The notes beneath the pieces are model-generated. The model ran no database searches. It saw nothing but the letters and a program-made list of their open reading frames with translations, and had not been told where the DNA came from. A stretch of DNA of 64,000 bases from Candidatus Eiseniibacteriota bacterium (lineage in GTDB: Bacteria; Eisenbacteria; RBG-16-71-46), in NCBI GenBank assembly GCA_044451485.1, contig JBIOKD010000001.1:1836-65835 (forward strand), written 5' to 3'. The position numbers and the translations under genes are program-made. Shown piece by piece: positions 1 through 8,111 of the stretch (position 1 is its first letter; every line of letters begins with the position of its first letter).

Positions 1-2
1 GC

Positions 3-332
3 GATTTCGAGTTCGAGTTCCAGATGGCGTTGATGAACCGTCGTCTGTCCCGCAGTCTGGAAGTGGCGTTCCTGATGCCGAGTCAGCAGTACACCTATCT
101 CAATTCGACCCTGGTGCGCGAGATCGCGCGTCTGGGCGGGAGCATCACGGGTCTGGTGCCGGGATTGGTCGAGCGGCAGCTGCGCGCCAAGCTGCGCGCA
201 CGTGCCGCCGCCCCGGCGGCGCCGCGATCCGCCTCCCGACCGGGCGCCGCATCCGTCCCGGCCGTGTCCGCGCCCGCTCCGAGGCGGCGGCGGCGGGGCG
301 GTGCGCCACGGGTCCGCCGAGGTGCCAAGTGA
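3..332 (+). CDS. 3' end of an unidentified protein; the ORF continues upstream of the window
   Basis: The reading frame is open from base 3 ([14 protein letters not shown]...) to TGA at 330-332. It has an Ala/Pro/Arg-rich tail and overlaps the next gene start as GTGA. No family was recognised. Confidence 0.35.
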   Translation, partial: DFEFEFQMALMNRRLSRSLEVAFLMPSQQYTYLNSTLVREIARLGGSITGLVPGLVERQLRAKLRARAAAPAAPRSASRPGAASVPAVSAPAPRRRRRGGAPRVRRGAK

Positions 333-1348
333 GTGCCATCCTCGATCGCATCCGCAAACTCGCCAGGACCAGCCCACAGCGTCTGCTGCTGGCCGAGGGC
401 GGCGACGAGCGCGTGTTGCGCGCCGCCGACCGGATCCGGCGCGAAGGCATCGCCGAGGTCACGGTGGTGGGCGCGCCCGCCGAGGTGCGGGACACCTCCC
501 GGCGCGCCGACCTGGCGCCGGGTGCGGTCGCCGTGCTCGACAGCGGCGCCGCCGACACCATCGCCCGCTGCGACGCCGCGCTGCGCGAGACCCGCGGCGA
601 TCGACTGCCGCCGGTCGACCGCGAGCGGTACGCGCGCGACCCGGTGTTCCAGGCCGCCGGGATGATCCGTCGCGGTGAAGCCGACGTGCTGGTGGCGGGC
701 GCGACCCGGACCACGGCCGATGTGCTGCGGGCCGCGTTGTGGCTGGTGGGCACCGCCCCCGGGGTCAAGACGGTGTCGTCGTTCTTCGTGATGGAGATCC
801 CGGCGATGGGCGCGGAGACCGAGCGGGTGCTGTTCTTCGCCGACTGCGCGGTGATGCCGGATCCGGATCCCGAGCAGCTCGCGGACATCGCGATCAGCAC
901 CGCCGACAGCTACGAGCGTCTGACCCGCGAGGTGCCACACGTGGCCTTCCTTTCCTTCTCGACCCGCGGCAGCGCCGAGCACGCCCGCGTCGACAAGGTG
1001 CGCGCGGCGCTCGCGATCGCGCGTCAGAAACGCCCCGATCGCCACTTCGACGGCGAGATGCAGGCCGACACCGCGCTGGTGCCCTCCGTGGGGCAGCGCA
1101 AGGCGCCCGGCAGCGTGGTCGCGGGACACGCCAACGTGCTGGTGTTCCCCGACCTCGATGCCGGTAACATCGGCTACAAGCTGGTGCAGCGGCTGGCGGG
1201 CGCCGGCGCCTATGGCCCCATCATCCAGGGCCTGGCGCGACCGGTGAACGACCTGTCGCGTGGCTGCAGCGCCGACGACATCGTGCAGGTGGCGACGCTG
1301 GCGTGCGCGTTGCGTGCGGGCGCCGCCGCCGCCACCACCGGCGCGTGA
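329..1348 (+). CDS. phosphate acetyl/butyryl-transferase family protein (short Pta-like)
   Basis: 339 aa with a GTG start. Pta/Ptb-like motifs are present, including the ...[22 protein letters not shown]... core and the C-terminal IVQVATLA segment. Confidence 0.8.
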   Translation: MSAILDRIRKLARTSPQRLLLAEGGDERVLRAADRIRREGIAEVTVVGAPAEVRDTSRRADLAPGAVAVLDSGAADTIARCDAALRETRGDRLPPVDRERYARDPVFQAAGMIRRGEADVLVAGATRTTADVLRAALWLVGTAPGVKTVSSFFVMEIPAMGAETERVLFFADCAVMPDPDPEQLADIAISTADSYERLTREVPHVAFLSFSTRGSAEHARVDKVRAALAIARQKRPDRHFDGEMQADTALVPSVGQRKAPGSVVAGHANVLVFPDLDAGNIGYKLVQRLAGAGAYGPIIQGLARPVNDLSRGCSADDIVQVATLACALRAGAAAATTGA

Positions 1349-1385
1349 GGCATCGGACCCCCGTCCACGACCAGGAACCCGACCC

Positions 1386-1670
1386 ATGCCAACCTACGCA
1401 TACCGCTGCACCAAGTGTGGTCATCGCTTCGAGCTCTTCCACGGCATCAAGGACGAGACCCGAAGGCGTTGTCCCAAGTGTCGCGGCAAGGCGGAGCGGG
1501 TGCCCGCCGGGGGAGCCGGTTTGCTGTTCAAGGGTTCGGGCTTCTACACCACCGACTACCGCAGCAAGTCGTACCGTGAGGGCAAGAAGAAGGAGGGCGG
1601 CGGATCGGGAGGATCGGGCGGATCGGGCGGTTCCGGTGGATCGGGCGGTTCCGGTGGCTCCACCGGCTGA
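1386..1670 (+). CDS. FmdB-family zinc-ribbon putative regulatory protein with a C-terminal (GGS)n tail
   Basis: MPTYAYRCTKCGHRFE...CPKCRG is the CxxC...CxxC FmdB signature. ATG at 1386 is preferred over the longer ORF from 1260. The tail reads GGGSGGSGGSGGSGGSGGSGGSTG. Confidence 0.8.
   Translation: MPTYAYRCTKCGHRFELFHGIKDETRRRCPKCRGKAERVPAGGAGLLFKGSGFYTTDYRSKSYREGKKKEGGGSGGSGGSGGSGGSGGSGGSTG
1597..1661. repeat. seven tandem 9-bp GGCGGATCG-like units encoding a (Gly-Gly-Ser)7 linker
   Basis: The run ggcggatcg gga gga tcg ggc gga tcg ggc ggt tcc ggt gga tcg ggc ggt tcc ggt ggc tcc was read directly from the sequence. It lies in frame inside the FmdB-like CDS. Confidence 0.85.
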
Positions 1671-1690
1671 CGGAGCCTAGCGAACCCGCG

Positions 1691-3601
1691 ATGGCGCTCA
1701 ATCTCACCCGCACCCTGCTTGCCACCCATCTCGCCCCCGGCGAGCGCCGGGCCGGTCTGCCGTCGGCCGGCGGCGAGATCGACCTGGTCATCGACCACGT
1801 GGTGCTCGAGGAGGAGGACGCGTTGCTGGCGCTGCTGGCGTTGCGCGCCGCGGGACGCGCCCCGGCGGGGGTCGAGACGCTCCTCGCCTTCGAGCGCAAC
1901 GGACTCGCCGCCGGGCCCGAGGTGATCGAGGAGCAGCGGGCACTCGAGCACCTGGCGCGCGTTGCCGGGATGGCGCGCAGCCGCTTTGGCAATGGCGTGC
2001 TCGCGGGCGTGTACCTGGCCCGGGTCGCCGCCCCCGGACGCAGCGTGCTGGGGCCACGCGGAAGACGCGCGCCGTTCGGGGCCATGGCGATGCTGGCCGG
2101 ATCGGCCGGCGCGACCGAGCTGGCCGCGGTGCTGGCGGGAGAGCCCTATCCTACGCGCGTGCCCGAGGTGGTCGGGGTGTGGCTGCGTGGATCGCTGCCC
2201 GACTGGGCGAGCGGCATCGACATTGCCCTGGCGTTGGCCCGGCGCGCATCGGCGCGCGGCCCGCTCCTGCGCATGTACGAGTTCACCGGTCCGGGCACCG
2301 CGGCGGTCGGCATCGACGACCGGCTCGCGGCCGCCCGTGGCACCGCCCGCTGGTGTGGTGGGCGGGCCCTGTTCCCGTCCGACCTGGTGACCCGGGCCTT
2401 CCTCGCGGCCCAGGGGCGTGACAGCGATTGGCGCTCGCTCGCTCCACACGGCGAGGCCGAGTACGACCGCGAACTGGAGCTCGACCTGTCGGCGCTCGAA
2501 TCACAGGTCTGGTCGCACACTCGTGGCGCGGTGCTGCCGGTCGGGGCGCTGGCCGGGGAGGTGGTCGAGGGCGTGATCCTCGGCGCCGATTGTGGCGTGG
2601 AGGATCTCGAGCGTCTGGCCAGCCGACTCGGCGAGAGCCGTGTCGCCGACCGCATCCGTCTGGTGGTGACGCCGGGCACCCGACAGGTGCGCGACACGCT
2701 CGAGACGCGTGGCTCGCTCGCCCGGCTCATGGCGTCCGGCGCCGAGCTCGTCGAGCCCTCGGAATCGGCGGCCGTGCTTCGTCTCGCCGAGGGTGCGCGC
2801 TGGCTGGGCTGTGGCGTGCCCGGTGGTGCCGCCGCGCGCGAAACCCCACCACTCGCCTTCGTGGCCGGGCCCGACGTGTGCGCCGCGACCGCCGTGGCGG
2901 GGTCCATCCGCGATCCGCGCGAGCGATCGATCGCCGTGCCACGCACCGCGGTCGCGCGTTACGAGTCGGACGACACGCGGATCGCACGTGAGGGCACCGG
3001 CGACGAGGTGACACCGGAGCTGCCGGTGCCGCCCCGGCTCGCCCCGGCGCTCGAGACCGCGCTGCGTGGCGTCACCCTGCTGGCCCTGCCCGAGGGCACG
3101 CCGCCCGGCGCGGTGCTGCCGTGGGGCGCCCGCACGCGCCCGCTGCGCGCGCGCGCCGCCGAGCTGGCGAGTCACGCCTTCGCGGTGGTGGATCCGGGAT
3201 TCGCGGCGCGTGCCCGCGCCGCACAGGGAGGCATGGTGGTCTGGCGCGGCACCTACGACAGTGACGGACGCGGCGACGAGGCCGCGCGGGTGCTGGCCGA
3301 GCTGGGGGTGCGCGCGGTGATCGCGCATGCCTTCGAGCCGGCCGACCGCCGGGCGCTGGTGCTCGACGGGGTGTTGCCGCTCTCGGTGGCGCAGCCCTCC
3401 GACGCCGACCGGCTCGGGCAGGGCGACGAGCTCGAGCTGCCCGATCTGCCGGACGCGCTCGAGCCGCGCAAGCCGGTCGTGCTGCGCGATCTCACCCGTG
3501 GCACCCAGGTGCTGCTGCGTCACGACCTCACCGCCCGCGAGATCGCGCATCTGCGCTCGGGTGGTCTGCTGGGTGTGCGGGGCGCGGGGGGGACGGTCTG
3601 A
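1691..3601 (+). CDS. aconitase-family protein that appears catalytically degenerate
   Basis: 636 aa. Segments ...VPEVVGVWLRGSLP...GIDIALALA...LRMYEFTGPG... align to the aconitase/IPM dehydratase domain 3. The DSHT active-site motif and the SCTN/CxxC Fe-S ligand motifs are absent. A swivel-like C-terminal region is present. The stop overlaps the obg start as TGATG. Confidence 0.55.
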   Translation: MALNLTRTLLATHLAPGERRAGLPSAGGEIDLVIDHVVLEEEDALLALLALRAAGRAPAGVETLLAFERNGLAAGPEVIEEQRALEHLARVAGMARSRFGNGVLAGVYLARVAAPGRSVLGPRGRRAPFGAMAMLAGSAGATELAAVLAGEPYPTRVPEVVGVWLRGSLPDWASGIDIALALARRASARGPLLRMYEFTGPGTAAVGIDDRLAAARGTARWCGGRALFPSDLVTRAFLAAQGRDSDWRSLAPHGEAEYDRELELDLSALESQVWSHTRGAVLPVGALAGEVVEGVILGADCGVEDLERLASRLGESRVADRIRLVVTPGTRQVRDTLETRGSLARLMASGAELVEPSESAAVLRLAEGARWLGCGVPGGAAARETPPLAFVAGPDVCAATAVAGSIRDPRERSIAVPRTAVARYESDDTRIAREGTGDEVTPELPVPPRLAPALETALRGVTLLALPEGTPPGAVLPWGARTRPLRARAAELASHAFAVVDPGFAARARAAQGGMVVWRGTYDSDGRGDEAARVLAELGVRAVIAHAFEPADRRALVLDGVLPLSVAQPSDADRLGQGDELELPDLPDALEPRKPVVLRDLTRGTQVLLRHDLTAREIAHLRSGGLLGVRGAGGTV

Positions 3602-4626
3602 TGCTCGTCGATCTCGCCCGCATCCAGGTGGTGGCGGGACGCGGCGGCAACGGCTGTGTGAGCTTCCGACGCGAGAAGTACGTGCCCAAGGGGGGCCCCG
3701 ATGGTGGCGACGGCGGACACGGGGGCAGCGTCATGCTGGAGGTCGACCCGCACGTGCGCACGCTGCTCGATTGCCGCGAGCGGCCGCGGGTCGAGGCCGG
3801 CAGCGGCCGCCCCGGCTCGGGCAACAACCGCACCGGCCGCGACGGCGAGGACCTGGTGGTGCGGATCCCGCCCGGCACCGTGGTGCGCGACGCCGAGACC
3901 CGCGAGGTGCTCGCCGACCTGGTGACGCCCGGCGATCGCTGGGTGGCCGCGCGTGGCGGCCGGGGCGGACGCGGCAACGCGCGTTTCGCGACCGCCACGC
4001 ACCAGGCGCCGCGCCGCGCCGACCCCGGTGGCCCGGCCGAGGAGCGTCTCATCGAGCTGGAGCTCAAGCTGATCGCCGATGTCGGGCTGGTGGGCCCGCC
4101 GAACGCGGGCAAGTCCACGCTGCTCGCCCGCATCTCGCGCGCGCGGCCCCGCATCGCCGACTACCCGTTCACCACCCTCGAGCCGCATCTCGGGATCGCG
4201 GCCCTCGACGAGGTGCGGCGGTTCGTGGTCGCCGATCTGCCCGGGCTCATCGAGGACGCCCATCGTGGCAAGGGACTGGGGCTGGAGTTCCTGCGACACG
4301 TGGAGCGCACCCGTGTCCTGTTGTTCGTGATCCCGCTCGACGCTCCCGAACCGCATGTCGCGCTGGCGACGATCGAACGCGAGCTGGCGGCGTACAGCCC
4401 GGAGCTTCCGGAAAAGCCCGCCATGGTGATCCTGACCAAGGCTGATATCCTAGCCGCCGACCAGCGGGCCAAGGCGGCGGCCCGCGCCGGTCTCCCGGAC
4501 GCGCTGGTGGTGAGCGCGCACAGTGGAGCCGGTATCGACACGCTGCTCGAGCGGCTGTGGGACATGGTGTCGGCGGCCATCGCCGCCGAGCCGGCGGCCG
4601 CACCCGACCCGGACGAGGCGACATGA
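3601..4626 (+). CDS. obg: GTPase Obg/CgtA
   Basis: MLVDLARIQVVAGRGGNGCVSFRREKYVPKGGPDGGDGGHGGSV is the Obg fold glycine-rich N-terminal domain. It is followed by G1-G4 GTPase motifs (GLVGPPNAGKST, DLPG, TKAD). Confidence 0.95.
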   Translation: MLVDLARIQVVAGRGGNGCVSFRREKYVPKGGPDGGDGGHGGSVMLEVDPHVRTLLDCRERPRVEAGSGRPGSGNNRTGRDGEDLVVRIPPGTVVRDAETREVLADLVTPGDRWVAARGGRGGRGNARFATATHQAPRRADPGGPAEERLIELELKLIADVGLVGPPNAGKSTLLARISRARPRIADYPFTTLEPHLGIAALDEVRRFVVADLPGLIEDAHRGKGLGLEFLRHVERTRVLLFVIPLDAPEPHVALATIERELAAYSPELPEKPAMVILTKADILAADQRAKAAARAGLPDALVVSAHSGAGIDTLLERLWDMVSAAIAAEPAAAPDPDEAT

Positions 4627-5297
4627 GCGAGGACAAGTTCACCCAGGGCCGCACGCTCGACGCCCTCAACGCGCGCGGGCTGGCCGGCAAGCGCGAATAC
4701 GTGCGCGGCCTGGAACAGCGCAGCGACGCCGAGGCGCTGTCGCTACTGGTCGAGTGTCTGTGTGACGAGTCGTGGTACCTGCGCGAGCTGGCCGAGGACT
4801 CGCTCATGCGGATCGGGGAGCGCTCGGCGCCGGTGATGCTGCCGCTGCTCGAGCAGGGTCTGTGGTACACGCGCTCGAGCGCGGCCCGCGTGCTCGGACG
4901 GTTCGGGCGACGCGACGCGATCCCCGGTCTGCTGCGTCTGACCGACGACGCCAACGACAGCGTCGCCGAGGCGGCGCGCGAGGCGCTGATCCTGATCGGA
5001 CGCCGTGGTGGCGCGGCCAGCCTGGCGCGCGCCCTGTACGGGCTGCCCCCGGATCTGCGCCGTCATCGCACCGACGAGCTGGCGGAGCGCGACCGGCCGC
5101 TGGCCGAGCGCATCGATCGTCTGATGCGCAACGAGGAGCTGATGGGCGCCGAGGGTGGCGAGACCATGCCGGACGACAACCCGCTGGTGCGTGCCGCCGA
5201 AGAAGGACTCGAATGGGAAGTGCTCACCGGCCCCGCACGGACCGCCCCCCGGCGCGAAGGGCCGGACGATGGGCGCTCCGAAACCCAGCACGCTTGA
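4623..5297 (+). CDS. HEAT-repeat (PBS-lyase-like) protein
   Basis: Repeated LL..L.D..W.VR..AA..LG motifs are present. ATG at 4623 overlaps the obg stop as ATGA. The longer ORF from 4557 was rejected. Confidence 0.65.
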   Translation: MSEDKFTQGRTLDALNARGLAGKREYVRGLEQRSDAEALSLLVECLCDESWYLRELAEDSLMRIGERSAPVMLPLLEQGLWYTRSSAARVLGRFGRRDAIPGLLRLTDDANDSVAEAAREALILIGRRGGAASLARALYGLPPDLRRHRTDELAERDRPLAERIDRLMRNEELMGAEGGETMPDDNPLVRAAEEGLEWEVLTGPARTAPRREGPDDGRSETQHA

Positions 5298-6264
5298 GGA
5301 ATTGATCCTGGTCGCCCTGGCGCACGCGCCTGCAGCAGCGGGAGCGCCGGGGGCACTCGCGCGTTCGCTGGCGCGGCTCGGCGTCGACGCGCTCGCCCGC
5401 GAGGACGCGGGTTATCCGGCAGGGTGGCGCGATCTGCCCGACGCTCCACCCGTCGTGTTCCGCCGCGGTGGCGATCTGCCGGCGGTCGCGGAGGCGGTGG
5501 CGATCGTGGGCTCGCGCGCCGCGTCGGACTACGGGTTGCGCATGGCGCGTCGTCTGGCCGCGGATCTCGCGACCGCCGGTCAGGTGGTGGTGAGCGGGCT
5601 GGCGCGGGGCATCGACGCGGCCGCGCATGAAGGAGCGCTGTCGGCCGGCGGGCGCACCGTGGCGGTGGTGCCGTCGGGGCTCGACGCCATCACCCCCGTC
5701 CACCATCACCCGTTGGCGGCGCGAATCGCCGAGCGCGGCGCGCTGGTGAGTGAGCTCGCCAGCGGCCCGCCCCGCTTCCGTGGCGTGTTCGTGGCGCGCA
5801 ACCGGTTGATCGCCGCGATGGCCGGGACGACGGTGGTGGTGGAGGCGTCACACCGCGGTGGGGCGCTCCACACCGCGCGTGCGGCACGGCGTCTGGGTCG
5901 GCGCGTGCTGGCGGTGCCCGGTGACGCGGATCGCGACACCGCGATGGGCTGTATCGAGCTCCTGCGCGAGGGTGCCGAGCCGTGTGTCTCGGCGGCCGAT
6001 GTGCTGGCGTGGTCCGGGCCGGCGCGGGCGCCGCGACCGTCACCACCACCCCGCCGCGCGGGTGGCCCGACACGCGCGGAGACGCCCGGCACACCGGCGC
6101 AGCGCGTGCGCGCCGCGCTCGAGGAGGTGGCGCGGCCGGTGGACGCGATCGCGCGCCACGCGGGGCTCACGGTGAGCGAGACCCTGGCGCATCTGCTGGC
6201 GCTCGAGTGGGCGGGTCTGGCGCTCAGGGTCCCGGGGGGACGCTGGCGCGGGGGCCGCGCGTGA
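5269..6264 (+). CDS. dprA: DNA processing protein DprA (Smf)
   Basis: The DprA Rossmann domain is present (IVGSRAASDYG...VVSGLARGIDAAAHEGAL...LIAAMAGTTVVVEASHRGGALHTA), with a C-terminal winged helix. Confidence 0.85.
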   Translation: MGAPKPSTLEELILVALAHAPAAAGAPGALARSLARLGVDALAREDAGYPAGWRDLPDAPPVVFRRGGDLPAVAEAVAIVGSRAASDYGLRMARRLAADLATAGQVVVSGLARGIDAAAHEGALSAGGRTVAVVPSGLDAITPVHHHPLAARIAERGALVSELASGPPRFRGVFVARNRLIAAMAGTTVVVEASHRGGALHTARAARRLGRRVLAVPGDADRDTAMGCIELLREGAEPCVSAADVLAWSGPARAPRPSPPPRRAGGPTRAETPGTPAQRVRAALEEVARPVDAIARHAGLTVSETLAHLLALEWAGLALRVPGGRWRGGRA

Positions 6265-6277
6265 TCGCGGACGGCGT

Positions 6278-7159
6278 GTGAGTGCCGGTCACGCGTTCGA
6301 GTACGCGCTGGTGCGTGGCATCGAGACCTCGGTGCGGGCGCTCCCGGAGGGCGCGGCGCTGGTGCTCGGGGCGGGTCTCGGCGACGCGGCACGCCGGCTC
6401 GGTTTGCGCCGCCGTGTGGCCGCCGACAATCTCGCGCTTGCGTTCCCGGAGTGGGACGAGGCGATGCGTGAGCGTGTCCTCGGCGACTGCTATCGCGAGC
6501 TGGGACGGGTGAGTGTCGAGTATCCGCGTCTGCCGGAGCTGGCGCGGCGTCGCGACGCCTTCCGGGTGAGCGGTGAGGAGCACCTCCACGAGGCCGCCGG
6601 GCTCGGGCGCGGCGTGGTCATGCTCACCGGGCATTACGGGAACTTCGAGCTGGGCGGAGCCTGGTTGTCGGGAGTGCGTCCGGTGGACTTCGTGGTGAAG
6701 CCGATGTCGAATCCGCGGGTGGACGCCTGGATCACCGGTCTCCGGGAGCGCGCCGGTGTGGGACGGATCCCTCTCGGTGCCGGCATCCGCGCCGTGTACG
6801 CCGCGCTCGACGCGGGACGCTGGATCGCGATCCTCGCCGACCAGGACGCGCACGGCTCGGGTGTGTTCGTGCCGTTCTTCGGCCGGCCGGCGAGCACCCC
6901 GCGTGGCCCGGCGGAGATCGCGGTACGGCGTGGTGTGCCGATCCTGATGGGTTTCTGCGAGCGGCTCGCCGACGGCACACGCCAGTTGAGTGTTCAGCCG
7001 TTGTTGTGGCCGCGCGCCGACGTCGAAGATCCGGTTGCCGAGCTGACCGCGCGGCACGTCGCCGCGCTCGAAGCGCGGATCCGGGTGCACCCGGATCATT
7101 GGTTCTGGCTGCACCGCCGATGGAAGACCCCGCCACCCGGCGGGACGGGGAGGACCTGA
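6278..7159 (+). CDS. lipid A biosynthesis acyltransferase (LpxL/HtrB-family lysophospholipid acyltransferase)
   Basis: Shows LPLAT-family features: the MLTGHYGNFELGG HX4E motif and ...ILADQD... The GTG start comes right after the dprA stop. Confidence 0.7.
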   Translation: MSAGHAFEYALVRGIETSVRALPEGAALVLGAGLGDAARRLGLRRRVAADNLALAFPEWDEAMRERVLGDCYRELGRVSVEYPRLPELARRRDAFRVSGEEHLHEAAGLGRGVVMLTGHYGNFELGGAWLSGVRPVDFVVKPMSNPRVDAWITGLRERAGVGRIPLGAGIRAVYAALDAGRWIAILADQDAHGSGVFVPFFGRPASTPRGPAEIAVRRGVPILMGFCERLADGTRQLSVQPLLWPRADVEDPVAELTARHVAALEARIRVHPDHWFWLHRRWKTPPPGGTGRT

Positions 7160-7563
7160 TGCATCGATTCAGCCTGCGGGTGCGCTACGGCGACACCGAC
7201 CAGATGGGGTTCGCCTACTACGCGAACTACCTCCGCTGGTTCGAGATCGGACGCGCCGAGATGATGCGTGACCTGGGGATGAGCTACCAGCGCGTCGAGG
7301 ACGAGCTGGGGGTGACGCTGCCGGTGGTCGAGGCGGCCTGTCGCTACCGCCGCCCGGCCCGCTACGACGACACGGTGGTGATCGAGACCGCGGTGGCGGA
7401 TCTCAAGCGAGCCTCGGTGCGATTCGCGTACCGGGTGGTGCGTGAGGACGGTGAGCTGCTCGCCGAGGGACACACCGAGCACTGCTTCCTGACCCGCGAG
7501 GGGCGACCGACCCGGATGCCGCGCGAGCTCGAGACACTGATCGAGCGCGCGCCACGCGAGTGA
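7159..7563 (+). CDS. acyl-CoA thioesterase, YbgC/4HBT hotdog family
   Basis: MHRFSLRVRYGDTDQMGFAYYANYLRWFEIGR is the hotdog thioesterase signature. ATGA overlap with the upstream gene. Confidence 0.85.
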   Translation: MHRFSLRVRYGDTDQMGFAYYANYLRWFEIGRAEMMRDLGMSYQRVEDELGVTLPVVEAACRYRRPARYDDTVVIETAVADLKRASVRFAYRVVREDGELLAEGHTEHCFLTREGRPTRMPRELETLIERAPRE

Positions 7564-7588
7564 GCGGAGACGTGGAAGCGACGGAGGT

Positions 7589-7890
7589 CTACGAGCTCTT
7601 GAAGCCCAGCTCGCGCTTCTCCTCGCCCGGCACCTTGATCGGGCCGTGCTGGGTCTCGAAGCTCTTCAGGTTCTGATCGAGCGCCTGGAGGAGCGACTTG
7701 GCGTGCTGCGGCGTCATGATGATCCGGGCGTACACGCGTGCCTTGGGCAGCCCCGGCAGCGCGCGCGCGAAGTCCAGGATCACCTCCGACGGCGAATGGG
7801 CGATGAACACCAGGTTGGAATAGGTGCCCTCGGCGGCGGCGGGTCCGAGCTCGATCTCGATCGGGGTTTGGTCATTCGGCACAGTGGGAC
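7589..7890 (-). CDS. DUF3467 domain protein
   Basis: ...NDQTPIEIELGPAAAEGTYSNLVFIAHSPSEVILDF... matches DUF3467. A GTG start at 7890 with a GGAG upstream is preferred over the longer ORF to 7921. Confidence 0.65.
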
Positions 7891-8111
7891 TCCTGTTCGC
7901 ACCCAATCCGCGTCCACACACGCGTCCGGGCGGGCGCGGTGGGGGAACGCGGGAACCCGGGAACGTTAGGCAGAGCAGACGCTAGGGTCAAGTCACGCCG
8001 CGGCTTACCAGAGTGGCCTGAAGCGGGTCGTGAAGACCGACGGTGACCACTCACGCGGCACGCCGGTTGCGTTTCCCAAACCCCGTCGCGCGCCCCCGAG
8101 CGGGACCGCGC

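Noticed and set aside
1260-1385. Longer version of the FmdB gene starting at 1260.
   Set aside because: The extension is Arg/Pro-rich and overlaps the pta 3' end. The conserved FmdB N-terminus (MPTYAYRC) begins at ATG 1386.
1597-1661. Possible CRISPR-like or other non-coding tandem repeat.
   Set aside because: The units are 9 bp with no spacers and sit in frame inside a CDS, so this is a coding microsatellite. No CRISPR repeat-spacer architecture occurs anywhere in the window.
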